Positions 1-8,271 are shown, numbered from the stretch's first letter. The stretch is DNA of 32,000 nucleotides from Cuniculiplasma divulgatum (GCF_900083515.1 NZ_LT671858.1:600001-632000); one strand, 5' to 3'. The notes: a model not told the origin generated them from the sequence alone. Numbers and translations are program-made.

Positions 1-541
1 CACTGTCTGTTCTGAGCACCAGGCCTTCTGGTACTGATCCATTGAATGCCAGTAGAACAGCATTCTCCACAGAACGTATGGCATCCCTTGCCATACATGA
101 CCTGGAATAACGGTATCCCTGCCATTCCTTGGTGAAACAGTCCTTGATGCACATCAGATAGGTCATTCCCGATTCAGTGGGAATGTAAGTGATGTCAGTT
201 TGCCAGAGCTGATCCGGACCATGAGGACGGAAGAGATTCCTGGCCTTTGTTCTACCCCTGTGCTTAAATGCAGGGAGGTTCAGGTTGTTATCCTTAAGAA
301 CCTTCCTGACGGTCTTCTGGTTCACTTCTGTACCAGAATTACGAAGAACTGCCCACACTCTCCTGTATCCGTATGTTGTCCTTTCTGATGCAATATACCT
401 GACCTTCTCTTTGATGGCTGGATCAAGCCTCTGAATGTATCTCTTCACAGGCTTGTAATAATATCCGGACAGTGAGATTCCGGATATTCTTGATATCTCC
501 CTGAGAGATATCTGATCCTTCAGATCATCAATAACCATCAT
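1..541 (-). CDS. IS3-family transposase OrfB (rve/DDE integrase core), 3' end outside the window
   Basis: The reverse frame is open from ATG 541..539 to the window edge. Translation is MMVIDDLKDQISLREISRISG...TYGYRRVWAVLRNSGTEVNQKTVRKVL...PDQLWQTDITYIP...YLMCIKDCFTKEW...LVLRTDS. It carries IS3 OrfB landmarks (YGYRR, W-x-TDITYI first Asp, second Asp region). It is absent from the ORF track because it runs off the window. Confidence 0.85.
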   Translation of the reverse strand, partial: MMVIDDLKDQISLREISRISGISLSGYYYKPVKRYIQRLDPAIKEKVRYIASERTTYGYRRVWAVLRNSGTEVNQKTVRKVLKDNNLNLPAFKHRGRTKARNLFRPHGPDQLWQTDITYIPTESGMTYLMCIKDCFTKEWQGYRYSRSCMARDAIRSVENAVLLAFNGSVPEGLVLRTDS

Positions 542-542
542 T

Positions 543-812
543 TTATTCTCTTGATCGTTTTTTAAAAGTGTCTATGACCAGTGACTGATCTCCTATGATC
601 TTCTTCAGATTCTCTATCTCATCGTCCCTTGAATCAGAATTCCTTCTCTGAGCCAGTGCTGTCTTACCTCCAAGTATGAACTGTTCCCTCCACTTGCTTA
701 ACTGAACAGGATATATGCCATGCCTCCGGCATATTTCAGCCTGTGTCACATTGTCCGTAAAGGATTCCATAACTATCTGGAACTTCTCTTCAGCCGAATA
801 TTTTGATTTCAT
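543..812 (-). CDS. IS3/IS911-type transposase OrfA (HTH_Tnp_1-like)
   Basis: 89 aa. It has an N-terminal HTH pattern (YSAEEKFQIV...TQAEICRRHGIYPVQLSKWREQF) and a C-terminal heptad Leu/Ile region (EIENLKKIIGDQSLVIDTFKK). GAGG lies about 8 nt upstream of the ATG. Its TAA stop sits 1 nt before the OrfB ATG. Confidence 0.85.
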   Translation of the reverse strand: MKSKYSAEEKFQIVMESFTDNVTQAEICRRHGIYPVQLSKWREQFILGGKTALAQRRNSDSRDDEIENLKKIIGDQSLVIDTFKKRSRE

Positions 813-848
813 GAAAAAACCTCTATGATTTGATAAACCGCTTTTTGC

Positions 849-1931
849 ATGCTCTCCCTGTATCTGTTCTTCTCTATAATATTATTATCATGGTGTTCCA
901 GTTCTATGATGGTGCAGGTCAATGCAATAACATTCACAGAATCAGGATTACCACCAGATTCATCATGGATATTAACATTCAATAATGTAGAATACACATT
1001 AACAAACACATCATACACATTCCATGTAATCAATGGATCGTACTCATATCATGCAACATCAACAGATTACATGAACATATCTGGATCTGTATTAGTATAA
1101 GGTTCAAACAAACAGGTTAATCTATTATTCAGCTTGCAAATGTACGCATTAACATTTAATGAATCAGGATTACCCCAAGGATCAACATGGTATGTAAATC
1201 TATCAAATGGTATGAAGTCTGGAGCAGTATCAGGATCATACTACTCCTTTACGATAACCAATGGATCATACTCATATTCCATATCAACAACAGACAAGAT
1301 CTACGAACCAAATCCATCTTCAGGTTTATTAAAAGTGAATGGTGCATCTGTATCAGAACCAATAACATTTTCAAAGGTATTATACACAGTAACATTCAAA
1401 GAATCAGGATTACCATCCGGAATATCATGGTATGTAAAAGGTGCTGGATCAGGCAATGCTCCAGCAGGTTCTCCCATAACATTCTTATTGACCAATGGAA
1501 CATACAGATTCATAATCGCAAACACAACTGCATATTATACAACAACAGAACAGTTCTCAATAACCATGAATGGAAGGAACATCACAGAGACAGTCACATA
1601 TCTCCACTATTCATACATAACAGGAAAGATATCACCATCAGACGGAAAAGTTACAGTAAATGGTCATAAGGTAACGCTGTCTCCCACAGGATCATTGAAC
1701 CTGTCAGTGGCAGCAGGTTCCTACAACGTGATCATCTCTGCAAAGGGATACAGAACATATTATGACAATATCACGGTTACCAATGGAAAAAGCGTAAACA
1801 TAACATATGATCTTAAGAAGATCTCAAAACCAGGACTATCACCCATAGAATCAATAGCAATAGCGTCTGGAATCATAGGATCTGCTGCAGTGATTGGCGT
1901 AGTTGTATATGTATTCAAATTCAGGAAGTAA
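849..1931 (+). pseudogene. Cell-surface repeat protein gene interrupted by one in-frame TAA (1098..1100). It has three F-x-ESGLP-x-x-x-x-W repeats, a CarboxypepD_reg-like beta domain and a C-terminal TM anchor.
   Basis: ORFs 849..1100 and 1134..1931 share a frame and are separated by a single stop. Read-through text aligns with the inter-repeat linker of the next repeat. There are many N-x-S/T sequons. The C-terminal hydrophobic stretch IAIASGIIGSAAVIGVVVYVF is followed by KFRK. Confidence 0.7.
912..1610 (+). repeat. Three tandem coding repeats of about 75-80 codons (motifs ITFTESGLPPDSSW / LTFNESGLPQGSTW / VTFKESGLPSGISW, each followed by NGSY/NGTY)
   Basis: Direct reading of the translated frame. 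Repeat units span about 912-1139, 1140-1379 and 1380-1610. The motif resembles the ESGLP-type repeats I recall from secreted or thermopsin-associated proteins of thermoacidophilic archaea. Confidence 0.75.
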
Positions 1932-2093
1932 AAAAGGTCCATCATTCATTCCTGAATAACAAATACCAGTCACTGAAAGGCAACACACACTGCATACTTA
2001 TGAACAATCATCCAGTGATGTTGGATCTCATTGATCATTATTTATATCAATTTCACAGACTCATTTAAATCAATTATCTCGTAAATATCATCA

Positions 2094-2124
2094 GAGGATT
2101 TCTAATAACCTCACAGAAAACACC
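2094..2124. repeat. Left terminal inverted repeat of the IS5-like fossil
   Basis: See the pairing with 3144..3174. Confidence 0.75.
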
Positions 2125-3130
2125 GCAATATATATTCATGAAACACGCATGTTACTGTATGAGCGTTTACAATTATCAAAAGAGTATTCTTATTTCCATA
2201 GGTAACAGTTAAGTGAAACATGTGAATCTTGTTAGAAGAAATAAGGATAATGAGAGATAATTATAGAAGTGCGTGACTTAAAGTAAGTTAATTTTCAAAG
2301 GAAATCATTAAATTGTCCCATACACCTAAAAAAATAGGGTAAAGAATAGAAATCCTCCTATGTTAATTATTATGTTTTAAATATTAATCTTTTTAATCAT
2401 TTGCAGTTTTTACATCTGAAAAAACCCGCTTATAGAGCTCTTATATTACATAATTTAGTATGCAGTCAAATAAATTTATAATCATAGTTTGCGTACCGAC
2501 TATATGTCAGCGTCTCTGTATGAATCATTGGAACAGGAATATTATCATCAACAATAGTATGTCCCTTTTATCCGAAAAGCGTTTTACTGTTATTCTTGTG
2601 AATGAACCATCCTTTGATCTTCTTGTTTTACCTTCAGATCTTGTTTCTTCATGTTTCACATGTCCAGGATCTGATGTGATGAATGTTGCATCCTGTGCTG
2701 ATCCCTTTTTAATCCTTATTCATTTCAGTTCAAGCTGTATCTGTAATTCATTACATATGATCCTGTCCCTTCCAGTCTTTGATAATCTCTCACGAAACAA
2801 TCATATGGTCCTAGCATCAGGATACTGATATGGATAGTCAAGAAAGTTCATGAATGATATTCTATCCCTTATTTGTGTCTCTGCCTGTTGTTCAACCATG
2901 TTGAGCATTCTCTGCAAGAACAGTACTTTTATCATGATCTTTACAGGTATGTTTTTTCTTTAATCTCGATCTGTATCATAATGATACAGATCATTCAACA
3001 ATGGTGTGAATGCTTCTCAGTCTATGGCATTCTTTACGAATATTAATGGATCATTTATCTTCATGGTGTTGTATTTTTCTTTTATTGCATGATCAAGTAA
3101 ATCACTCTTACAGTAACGTGCGTATTTCAT
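2120..3130 (-). pseudogene. Decayed IS5/IS4-type DDE transposase (InsH-N-terminal-like plus DDE_Tnp_1-like)
   Basis: The minus frame from ATG 3130 reads MKYARYCKSDLLDHAIKEKYNTMKINDPLIFVKNAID*EAFTPLLNDLYHYDTDRD*RKNIPVKIMIKVLFLQRMLNMVEQQAETQIRDRISFMNFLDYPYQYPDARTI*LFRERLSKTGRDRIICNELQIQLELK*IRIKKGSAQDATFITSDPG...GKTRRSKDGSF. After a frameshift near 2585 it continues LFG*KGHTIVDDDNIPVPMIHTETLTYSRYANYDYKFI*. In-frame stops are at 3019..3017, 2962..2960, 2803..2801 and 2722..2720. The part below about 2450 is barely recognisable. Confidence 0.7.
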
Positions 3131-3143
3131 GAATAAATGTAAT

Positions 3144-3174
3144 GGCGTTTTCTGGAGGGTTATTAGAAATCCTC
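3144..3174. repeat. Right terminal inverted repeat of the IS5-like fossil
   Basis: See the pairing with 2094..2124. Confidence 0.75.
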
Positions 3175-3288
3175 ATTAGAATTTACAGTAAAGATATTAT
3201 ATTATCTTTTCTCAAGTGTAACAAACCTTATAATGTATTAAGTATTAATATTATTGTGTTAAATTCTACAAAATATAACAAGATAAGT

Positions 3289-3414
3289 GTGTATATTAGA
3301 AAAGAAGAAAAAGCCATAATAGAGGAGAAAGCCCTGTTGGAAGGAGTGTCTATATCTAGATACCTTGTACTTGCTGCTTTACATAATGACCTCAATTTTG
3401 AGAAGTCTAAATAA
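3289..3414 (+). CDS. Possible small ribbon-helix-helix (CopG/MobC-like) protein, about 41 aa from a GTG start
   Basis: The C-terminal part of ORF 3142..3414 reads (K)ISVYIRKEEKAIIEEKALLEGVSISRYLVLAALHNDLNFEKSK. This is a beta-strand, helix, turn, helix pattern typical of RHH domains. The upstream 49 codons are low-complexity, AT-rich, and begin inside the IS inverted repeat. The start is uncertain. Confidence 0.35.
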   Translation: MYIRKEEKAIIEEKALLEGVSISRYLVLAALHNDLNFEKSK

Positions 3415-3595
3415 ATAAAATTCCACATTTTTAATTTTAATAATTTTTGATACGTTTTTTCTTATATTTTCAATAAATTTTAACAAAAAATTCAATTTTT
3501 ACATAAAATTAATTTATATTGTTAAATTGAATATATATGGTATAGTAACCCATAAAGTATATATATCCCCGATGTCTGTAACCTTAAGAGCAAAA

Positions 3596-4978
3596 ATGGA
3601 AAATGTCAAAAATATTCAGGATATAGATATAGAAAGTAAGAGTAAGCTAACAAGAAGTGTTGGATTCGCAGACATATTTTTTATGTCCTTCGGAGGTCAG
3701 GCACCTTTTCTTTCGATGTTAACATATGCTACCGCAGCTTTGATACTGACACTGTTCTTCTCTCCAATTGTGCTTATCATAGGGACTCTAGTGGTTTTAA
3801 TTAATGGCGCAGGTGTTTATTACTTATCAAGAAAACATGATGAGGCGGGGGGATACTTTAATTATGCTTACAAGTCATTATCACACAGGTTTGGATTTGA
3901 AACAGGCTGGCTATATCTTTTCTATTCATTACTGTATGCCGGTGGTTACATTACCGGGTCAATATTTGTCCTGACCTATGTTGTTTCACCGTATATAGTG
4001 ATTCCACCACTGGTTGCATTCCTGATCGTTTTCATTCCAACAGGAGCATTTCTTTTACTGGGTATAAGACCATCCTCAAAATATGCAGTCTTTTCAGCAA
4101 GTCTGGAATTAGTTGTTCTAGTGGGAGTTATAGCAGCAGGTTTTTATGGCGCTCATTTCCTGGTATATAATCCATTTACCAGCATCCCATCTCCAGCAAT
4201 CATATTCCTGGGAATTTTATTCGCCATTGGCATACCTACTGGATACGGTGCTATTACACCAGTTTCAGGTGAGGTAAAGAACGCTAAAAGAAATGTTGGA
4301 AAAGCGGCAATTCTTGTAATAATTATAGGAGGAACCCTTGAAGCACTGGTATTATACTCCCTAGTTGACTATGGAATTGCTACACACTCATTTTCAGCAC
4401 TTGTATCATCAAATTTGCCGGTTATCACCATAGTGGATAAGATCGCTGGACCAATTGCTTTACCTTTATTATTATTCGCAGCAATAAATGATGGGATTCT
4501 GGGCTCTCTGGCTTTTCTTACAGCGTTTTCCAGGAATCTATACGCTATGTCAGAAAGAGGAGTCATCAACAAAGCTTTAAGCAAACTGCACAGCAAGAGA
4601 GGAACGCCCGTCATAGCTGGAATAATAACCTTAATCGCAGCAGCGATAATACTTATGCCTGTCTTGATATTTGTAAATGCATTTGTCATATTCCTGGCTT
4701 TAGGATCAATTGCAGGACTGGGTAATCTGATGGTTCATCTAACAGCAAACTTCTCATTGTTCAAGGAAAATCTTGTTAGAGCTCAAAGAAGAATCAGAGA
4801 GTTGGGCATTGGTGTTCTGGGAATAATAGTATCTGGATTTGTATTTATATACTCGCTCCTTACATCTGATACATACGTGATAGAACTTGTTTTAGGCTTT
4901 ATAATATTAGGATTTATAATACTTGAAATGCTGGATGTCCATCAGTATGTTAAAGCACATACAGAGATTAATAGTTGA
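3596..4978 (+). CDS. APC-superfamily amino acid/polyamine permease (paralogue 1)
   Basis: Polytopic membrane protein of about 12 predicted TM stretches. Its N-terminus MENVKN...FADIFFMSFGGQAPFLSMLTY aligns with MKNNSS...FPELFFISFGGQAPFISLLTF of the next gene. That favours ATG 3596 over the TTG at 3527 given in the ORF track. Confidence 0.8.
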   Translation: MENVKNIQDIDIESKSKLTRSVGFADIFFMSFGGQAPFLSMLTYATAALILTLFFSPIVLIIGTLVVLINGAGVYYLSRKHDEAGGYFNYAYKSLSHRFGFETGWLYLFYSLLYAGGYITGSIFVLTYVVSPYIVIPPLVAFLIVFIPTGAFLLLGIRPSSKYAVFSASLELVVLVGVIAAGFYGAHFLVYNPFTSIPSPAIIFLGILFAIGIPTGYGAITPVSGEVKNAKRNVGKAAILVIIIGGTLEALVLYSLVDYGIATHSFSALVSSNLPVITIVDKIAGPIALPLLLFAAINDGILGSLAFLTAFSRNLYAMSERGVINKALSKLHSKRGTPVIAGIITLIAAAIILMPVLIFVNAFVIFLALGSIAGLGNLMVHLTANFSLFKENLVRAQRRIRELGIGVLGIIVSGFVFIYSLLTSDTYVIELVLGFIILGFIILEMLDVHQYVKAHTEINS

Positions 4979-5098
4979 TATTTTTAAATTTAAACAATTT
5001 ATAATATATTTGAAGGTGTAAATAAACTTTTGATTTCATATACAGAGACTGAAAATGCAGGTCCATATAATATGGTTTAAATATTAAGGTGAAATGAA

Positions 5099-6406
5099 AT
5101 GAAAAATAATAGTAGCACCATTATAAATAAAGGGAAAAATTTAGAAGAGAAATTATCATTTCCTGAACTTTTTTTCATATCATTTGGCGGTCAGGCGCCT
5201 TTTATTTCCCTATTAACATTCGGAACAGTTATGATTGCAATGGTTGGAACTGCAGGAGCATTTGCTATGATGATAGCCACAACTGTAGTATTCTTCAATG
5301 GAATAGTTGTTTATTTTCTTTCAAGAAGATACCGTAGAAGTGGAGGATACTACATCTATGCCCTTTATGGCCTTTCAGGTGGGTTAGGTATAGAAACGGG
5401 CTGGTCGTATCTATTATATGCACTTGCTTACGGTGGAACATTGCTTGCCGGTGGGGCATATGTTTTATCATTTGTTCTCGGTATCAACCAGATAATTACA
5501 GTGTTTCTTGTTTCCTTAGTAGCTTCCACAATGGTAATAGCGGGAGTAAAGGTTTCAGCAAAATATGCAATGGTAATGTCAACAATAGAAATAACTATAA
5601 TAGTTGTATTATCGATAATATTTCTGCACAGTTCAGGCTGGCATTTCTACAATCCTGTAATATATTCACCCTACCTTCTTGCTGCAGTTATATTTGGTCT
5701 TGGAATCCCGACAGGTTATGGATCAATTGCTCCACTTGGTGGTGATGCGATGGATAGCAAGGCAATTGGAAGGGCAGCAATCACAGTTGTGATATTCGGA
5801 GGCCTGCTTGCAACATTATTCTTTTATTCCTTAGGTTCATTGAATTTTACCGGGAATTTGATTATTTATCTTATAACTCATTTTGGAATACTGGGCTTAA
5901 TAATAGTACCTATCATAGCACTGAGCGATGGCATTCTTGGAGGTATTGCGTATATACTGGCCGATTCAAGAACCTTTGGTGCAATGAGCGAAGATGGAAG
6001 ATTTCCAAAAATATTTTCAAGAAAATACAAAGGTAAACCGGTATTATCTGAATTATTAATAGCTACAATATTTGTAATTGTTCTGGGTACAATGACATAC
6101 TTTATTGGATTATACGCAACATTCCTTGCCATGGGTGCATTAGCGGGTCTGATGAATCTTATAATCCATACATCTGCAGATTTTTCTCTGATAAAAATCG
6201 CCACCAGAAAATCAAAAGGGAGAATAAAAGAACTAACAGCCGGTATTGTTGCAGTCTCTATATCAATATTTATATTAATTGACTCATTACCAGGTATATC
6301 TCTCACCATACAGTATCTTTTCTTTGCATGGATAATAATCGGCTTCCTCTATGCGGAAACCTTCACTATAGTGAGTGAAACATCAAAGGATATACCTCCC
6401 GCATAA
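5099..6406 (+). CDS. APC-superfamily amino acid/polyamine permease (paralogue 2)
   Basis: 435 aa and highly hydrophobic. It shares motifs with paralogue 1 (SFGGQAPF, GGYY, ETGW, GIPTGYG). AGGTGA lies about 7 nt upstream of the ATG. Confidence 0.85.
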   Translation: MKNNSSTIINKGKNLEEKLSFPELFFISFGGQAPFISLLTFGTVMIAMVGTAGAFAMMIATTVVFFNGIVVYFLSRRYRRSGGYYIYALYGLSGGLGIETGWSYLLYALAYGGTLLAGGAYVLSFVLGINQIITVFLVSLVASTMVIAGVKVSAKYAMVMSTIEITIIVVLSIIFLHSSGWHFYNPVIYSPYLLAAVIFGLGIPTGYGSIAPLGGDAMDSKAIGRAAITVVIFGGLLATLFFYSLGSLNFTGNLIIYLITHFGILGLIIVPIIALSDGILGGIAYILADSRTFGAMSEDGRFPKIFSRKYKGKPVLSELLIATIFVIVLGTMTYFIGLYATFLAMGALAGLMNLIIHTSADFSLIKIATRKSKGRIKELTAGIVAVSISIFILIDSLPGISLTIQYLFFAWIIIGFLYAETFTIVSETSKDIPPA

Positions 6407-6453
6407 CCCTATCTAAATTTATTAATCTGAAAAATATATTTTATTTATTATTC

Positions 6454-6816
6454 TTATCTTGACCTTATCAATTCTAATAATCTTATGTATTTATCACTGG
6501 AAATTTTAGAAACTGCACCCTGTGTGGAAATTGTACAATTATTGTCCCGCATTTCTTGAAATGTAATTATATTATTTGTAAGATTGTAAATATCTCTCAA
6601 GATATAGTTAATTCCTTTCTGTTTTTTCTCGGCAATACTTTCATTTATTATTTTATCAGTATCTCCAAAGAACCGTATATCCGAAAAATATATCTTTATA
6701 AGTCTAAATCCTGCTGGAGTAGATGCACCATCAGAAGGCTCATTTTCAATAATTTTTTTACCAGAAAGTATACCGATTCCAATTATTCCTGATTTTGACA
6801 GATTACATATAGCCAA
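6454..6816 (-). CDS. Hypothetical ORF (TTG start); possibly part of the decayed MFS region rather than a real gene
   Basis: It is in the same frame as the upstream MFS remnant, separated by two stops. The first 25 residues (GIIGIGILSGKKI) look membrane-like and the rest has no recognisable motif. Confidence 0.25.
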   Translation of the reverse strand: MAICNLSKSGIIGIGILSGKKIIENEPSDGASTPAGFRLIKIYFSDIRFFGDTDKIINESIAEKKQKGINYILRDIYNLTNNIITFQEMRDNNCTISTQGAVSKISSDKYIRLLELIRSR

Positions 6817-6831
6817 ACGAGTTCAAGAACT

Positions 6832-7194
6832 TTAATGATGCTTCCATAGAGATAGAGAAGGCATTCTCTGATTACAATTACCCAGAACAACTCTGGCGAA
6901 AAACAATTGCAGAAATGAATCAGAAATACCGGAAAGAATTGAACAAATTCCAATGAGAGTCATTCCTGTTATTGCCAGTATTCTGGGAGATATTCTGAGG
7001 GCGATTAATCCTCCTAATATCTGGAACGGCATTAATCCAATAAAAAAAGCAGAAGCGATCAGCCCAAGATCAAATGGAGAGACATTTATCTGTTCCTGTA
7101 TGAAAATCAGTGCAGGAGCAATGGTAAACCAGTTAATTGCATAAACCAACCGAGAAGCATAAATAGCAAAGAAAGGTCTATTATTTCGAACCAA
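6832..7194 (-). pseudogene. N-terminal remnant (about 105 aa) of an MFS transporter
   Basis: FFAIYASRLVYAINWFTIAPALIFIQEQINVSPFDLGLIASAFFIGLMPFQILGGLIALRISPRILAITGMTLIGICSILSGISDSFLQLFFARVVLG matches the TM1-TM4 pattern of MFS proteins. It includes the G-x-x-x-x-R loop-like segment. The frame then ends after unrelated residues. A full MFS is about 400 aa. Only a TTG start is available. Confidence 0.6.
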
Positions 7195-7318
7195 GGTTCC
7201 GTCTCCCTTTATGCCTTAGTTTGACTTAAAATTTAAAAGGTTCTGTGTTATATTTACAAATACTCCGTCAAAAATACAAGCAAGTGACAGAGATTGAATG
7301 TGATTAAACTTTATAATT

Positions 7319-8260
7319 TTACAGCCATTTCCAAACATCCTCATCATCAAGCGATGAGAAAAACTGGAGTATGGGATGCATTCTTTTATCAGAACTCTTT
7401 GAATTCATCATCAGGGAAATGTACTCATCGGCCTCTACAACTGGAACAAATGTTGTATCGCATGGAATGCCATTTTCCACTGTCAGGAAGAATGCCAATC
7501 TGGGTATACCTGCATTATTTCCAAGTTTCAAGCCCTCCTCAAGGACACTCTCCTTAACGAATGCCTCATATATGTTATCCTTTAGTGAAACAACACTTAC
7601 ACCCTTATGATCAAGTGGCTTACTTGTGTAAAGGATAACCTTTACTCCCTTATTTGATAGTATACCACCCTGAACCTCTGCTACTGAATCAGGATCGGTG
7701 GCCTTAATATATCTCAGGATTGAATTATCATCCTGTGTTCTTAATGTATATTTTATAACAGCCAGGGGTGTTTTTACTGTTAGTTCATCCATTCTTTTTC
7801 TTAGACTTAAGGAGTTGGTCATTGACACAATTCTAAATTCCTTAAAATTTCCCATAAATTCTGCCAGAATGTCGTTTATTTCATTCAGTTTTTCATTGTG
7901 AAATCTAAAGTCTATGAATATTTCGTTCTTGAGAAGATATGTATTGTTTAGAGCAACCGAAGGAGACTCAATAAGTTTCTTTATAATTTCAATCTGTTCT
8001 TTGGATTTTATTTTTTCAGTTATGGTGTAATATGATCTGTTTTCAATAAGGTCTTTCCTTGATAAAATGGGTGAAATGGCAGAATTTGAAACATTATCCT
8101 TTAGAAAAAAGAGTCTGAGATAAAGTACATCTTTATCATTAAAAATATACACTGGTGTTGTCTTTTCAGATCTGGCCAAAACGCTGAAAATTCCGTTTGT
8201 CTGACTAATGGCAACTATACATCTTCTGTTAAGCCGGTTATGAATCTCACTTATTTTCAT
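7319..8260 (-). CDS. Uncharacterised 313-aa soluble protein, divergent from the amidase gene (candidate regulator; function unknown)
   Basis: Long clean ORF with normal composition and an AT-rich TATA-like element about 29 nt upstream of the ATG. I recognise no family motif. Confidence 0.6.
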   Translation of the reverse strand: MKISEIHNRLNRRCIVAISQTNGIFSVLARSEKTTPVYIFNDKDVLYLRLFFLKDNVSNSAISPILSRKDLIENRSYYTITEKIKSKEQIEIIKKLIESPSVALNNTYLLKNEIFIDFRFHNEKLNEINDILAEFMGNFKEFRIVSMTNSLSLRKRMDELTVKTPLAVIKYTLRTQDDNSILRYIKATDPDSVAEVQGGILSNKGVKVILYTSKPLDHKGVSVVSLKDNIYEAFVKESVLEEGLKLGNNAGIPRLAFFLTVENGIPCDTTFVPVVEADEYISLMMNSKSSDKRMHPILQFFSSLDDEDVWKWL

Positions 8261-8271
8261 CTACACTATAG

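Larger units (their letters stand above)
1..880 (-). mobile_element. Partial IS3-family insertion sequence (orfA plus the 5' part of orfB); the outer boundary near 850-900 is not resolved
   Basis: orfA and orfB are adjacent on the minus strand. The other end is outside the window, so the terminal inverted repeats could not be paired. The right boundary is a guess based on typical 50-100 bp leaders upstream of orfA. Confidence 0.7.
2094..3174 (-). mobile_element. Fossil IS5-family-like insertion sequence (about 1.08 kb) with 31-bp imperfect terminal inverted repeats
   Basis: The left end 2094..2124 (gaggatttctaataacctcacagaaaacacc), reverse-complemented, matches the right end 3144..3174 (ggcgttttctggagggttattagaaatcctc) at 27 of 31 positions. 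The outer 17 bp are identical. A decayed DDE transposase reading frame lies between them. No clear target-site duplication was seen. Confidence 0.75.

Noticed and set aside
555-571. A6 run in IS3 orfA as a classical -1 programmed frameshift site producing OrfAB
   Set aside because: The -1 frame is closed by TAA just upstream and TGA shortly downstream, and orfB is in the +1 frame with its own ATG. The canonical mechanism therefore cannot operate on this sequence as given.
2460-2828. 122-aa plus-strand ORF in the track
   Set aside because: It is antisense to the recognisable, though decayed, IS5-like transposase frame and has no motif of its own.
2720-3019. TGA codons at expected Trp positions in the IS5-like transposase frame. 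Could this be TGA-to-Trp recoding or an alternative genetic code?
   Set aside because: TGA clearly terminates intact genes in the same window (sufC, sufB, alba, NMD3, the suf regulator, rad50). The same frame also contains TAA stops, a TGG-to-TGT change and a frameshift. Ordinary pseudogene decay explains it.
3527-3595. TTG start at 3527 for the first permease
   Set aside because: Alignment with the tandem paralogue supports Met at 3596. The extra 23 residues have no counterpart.
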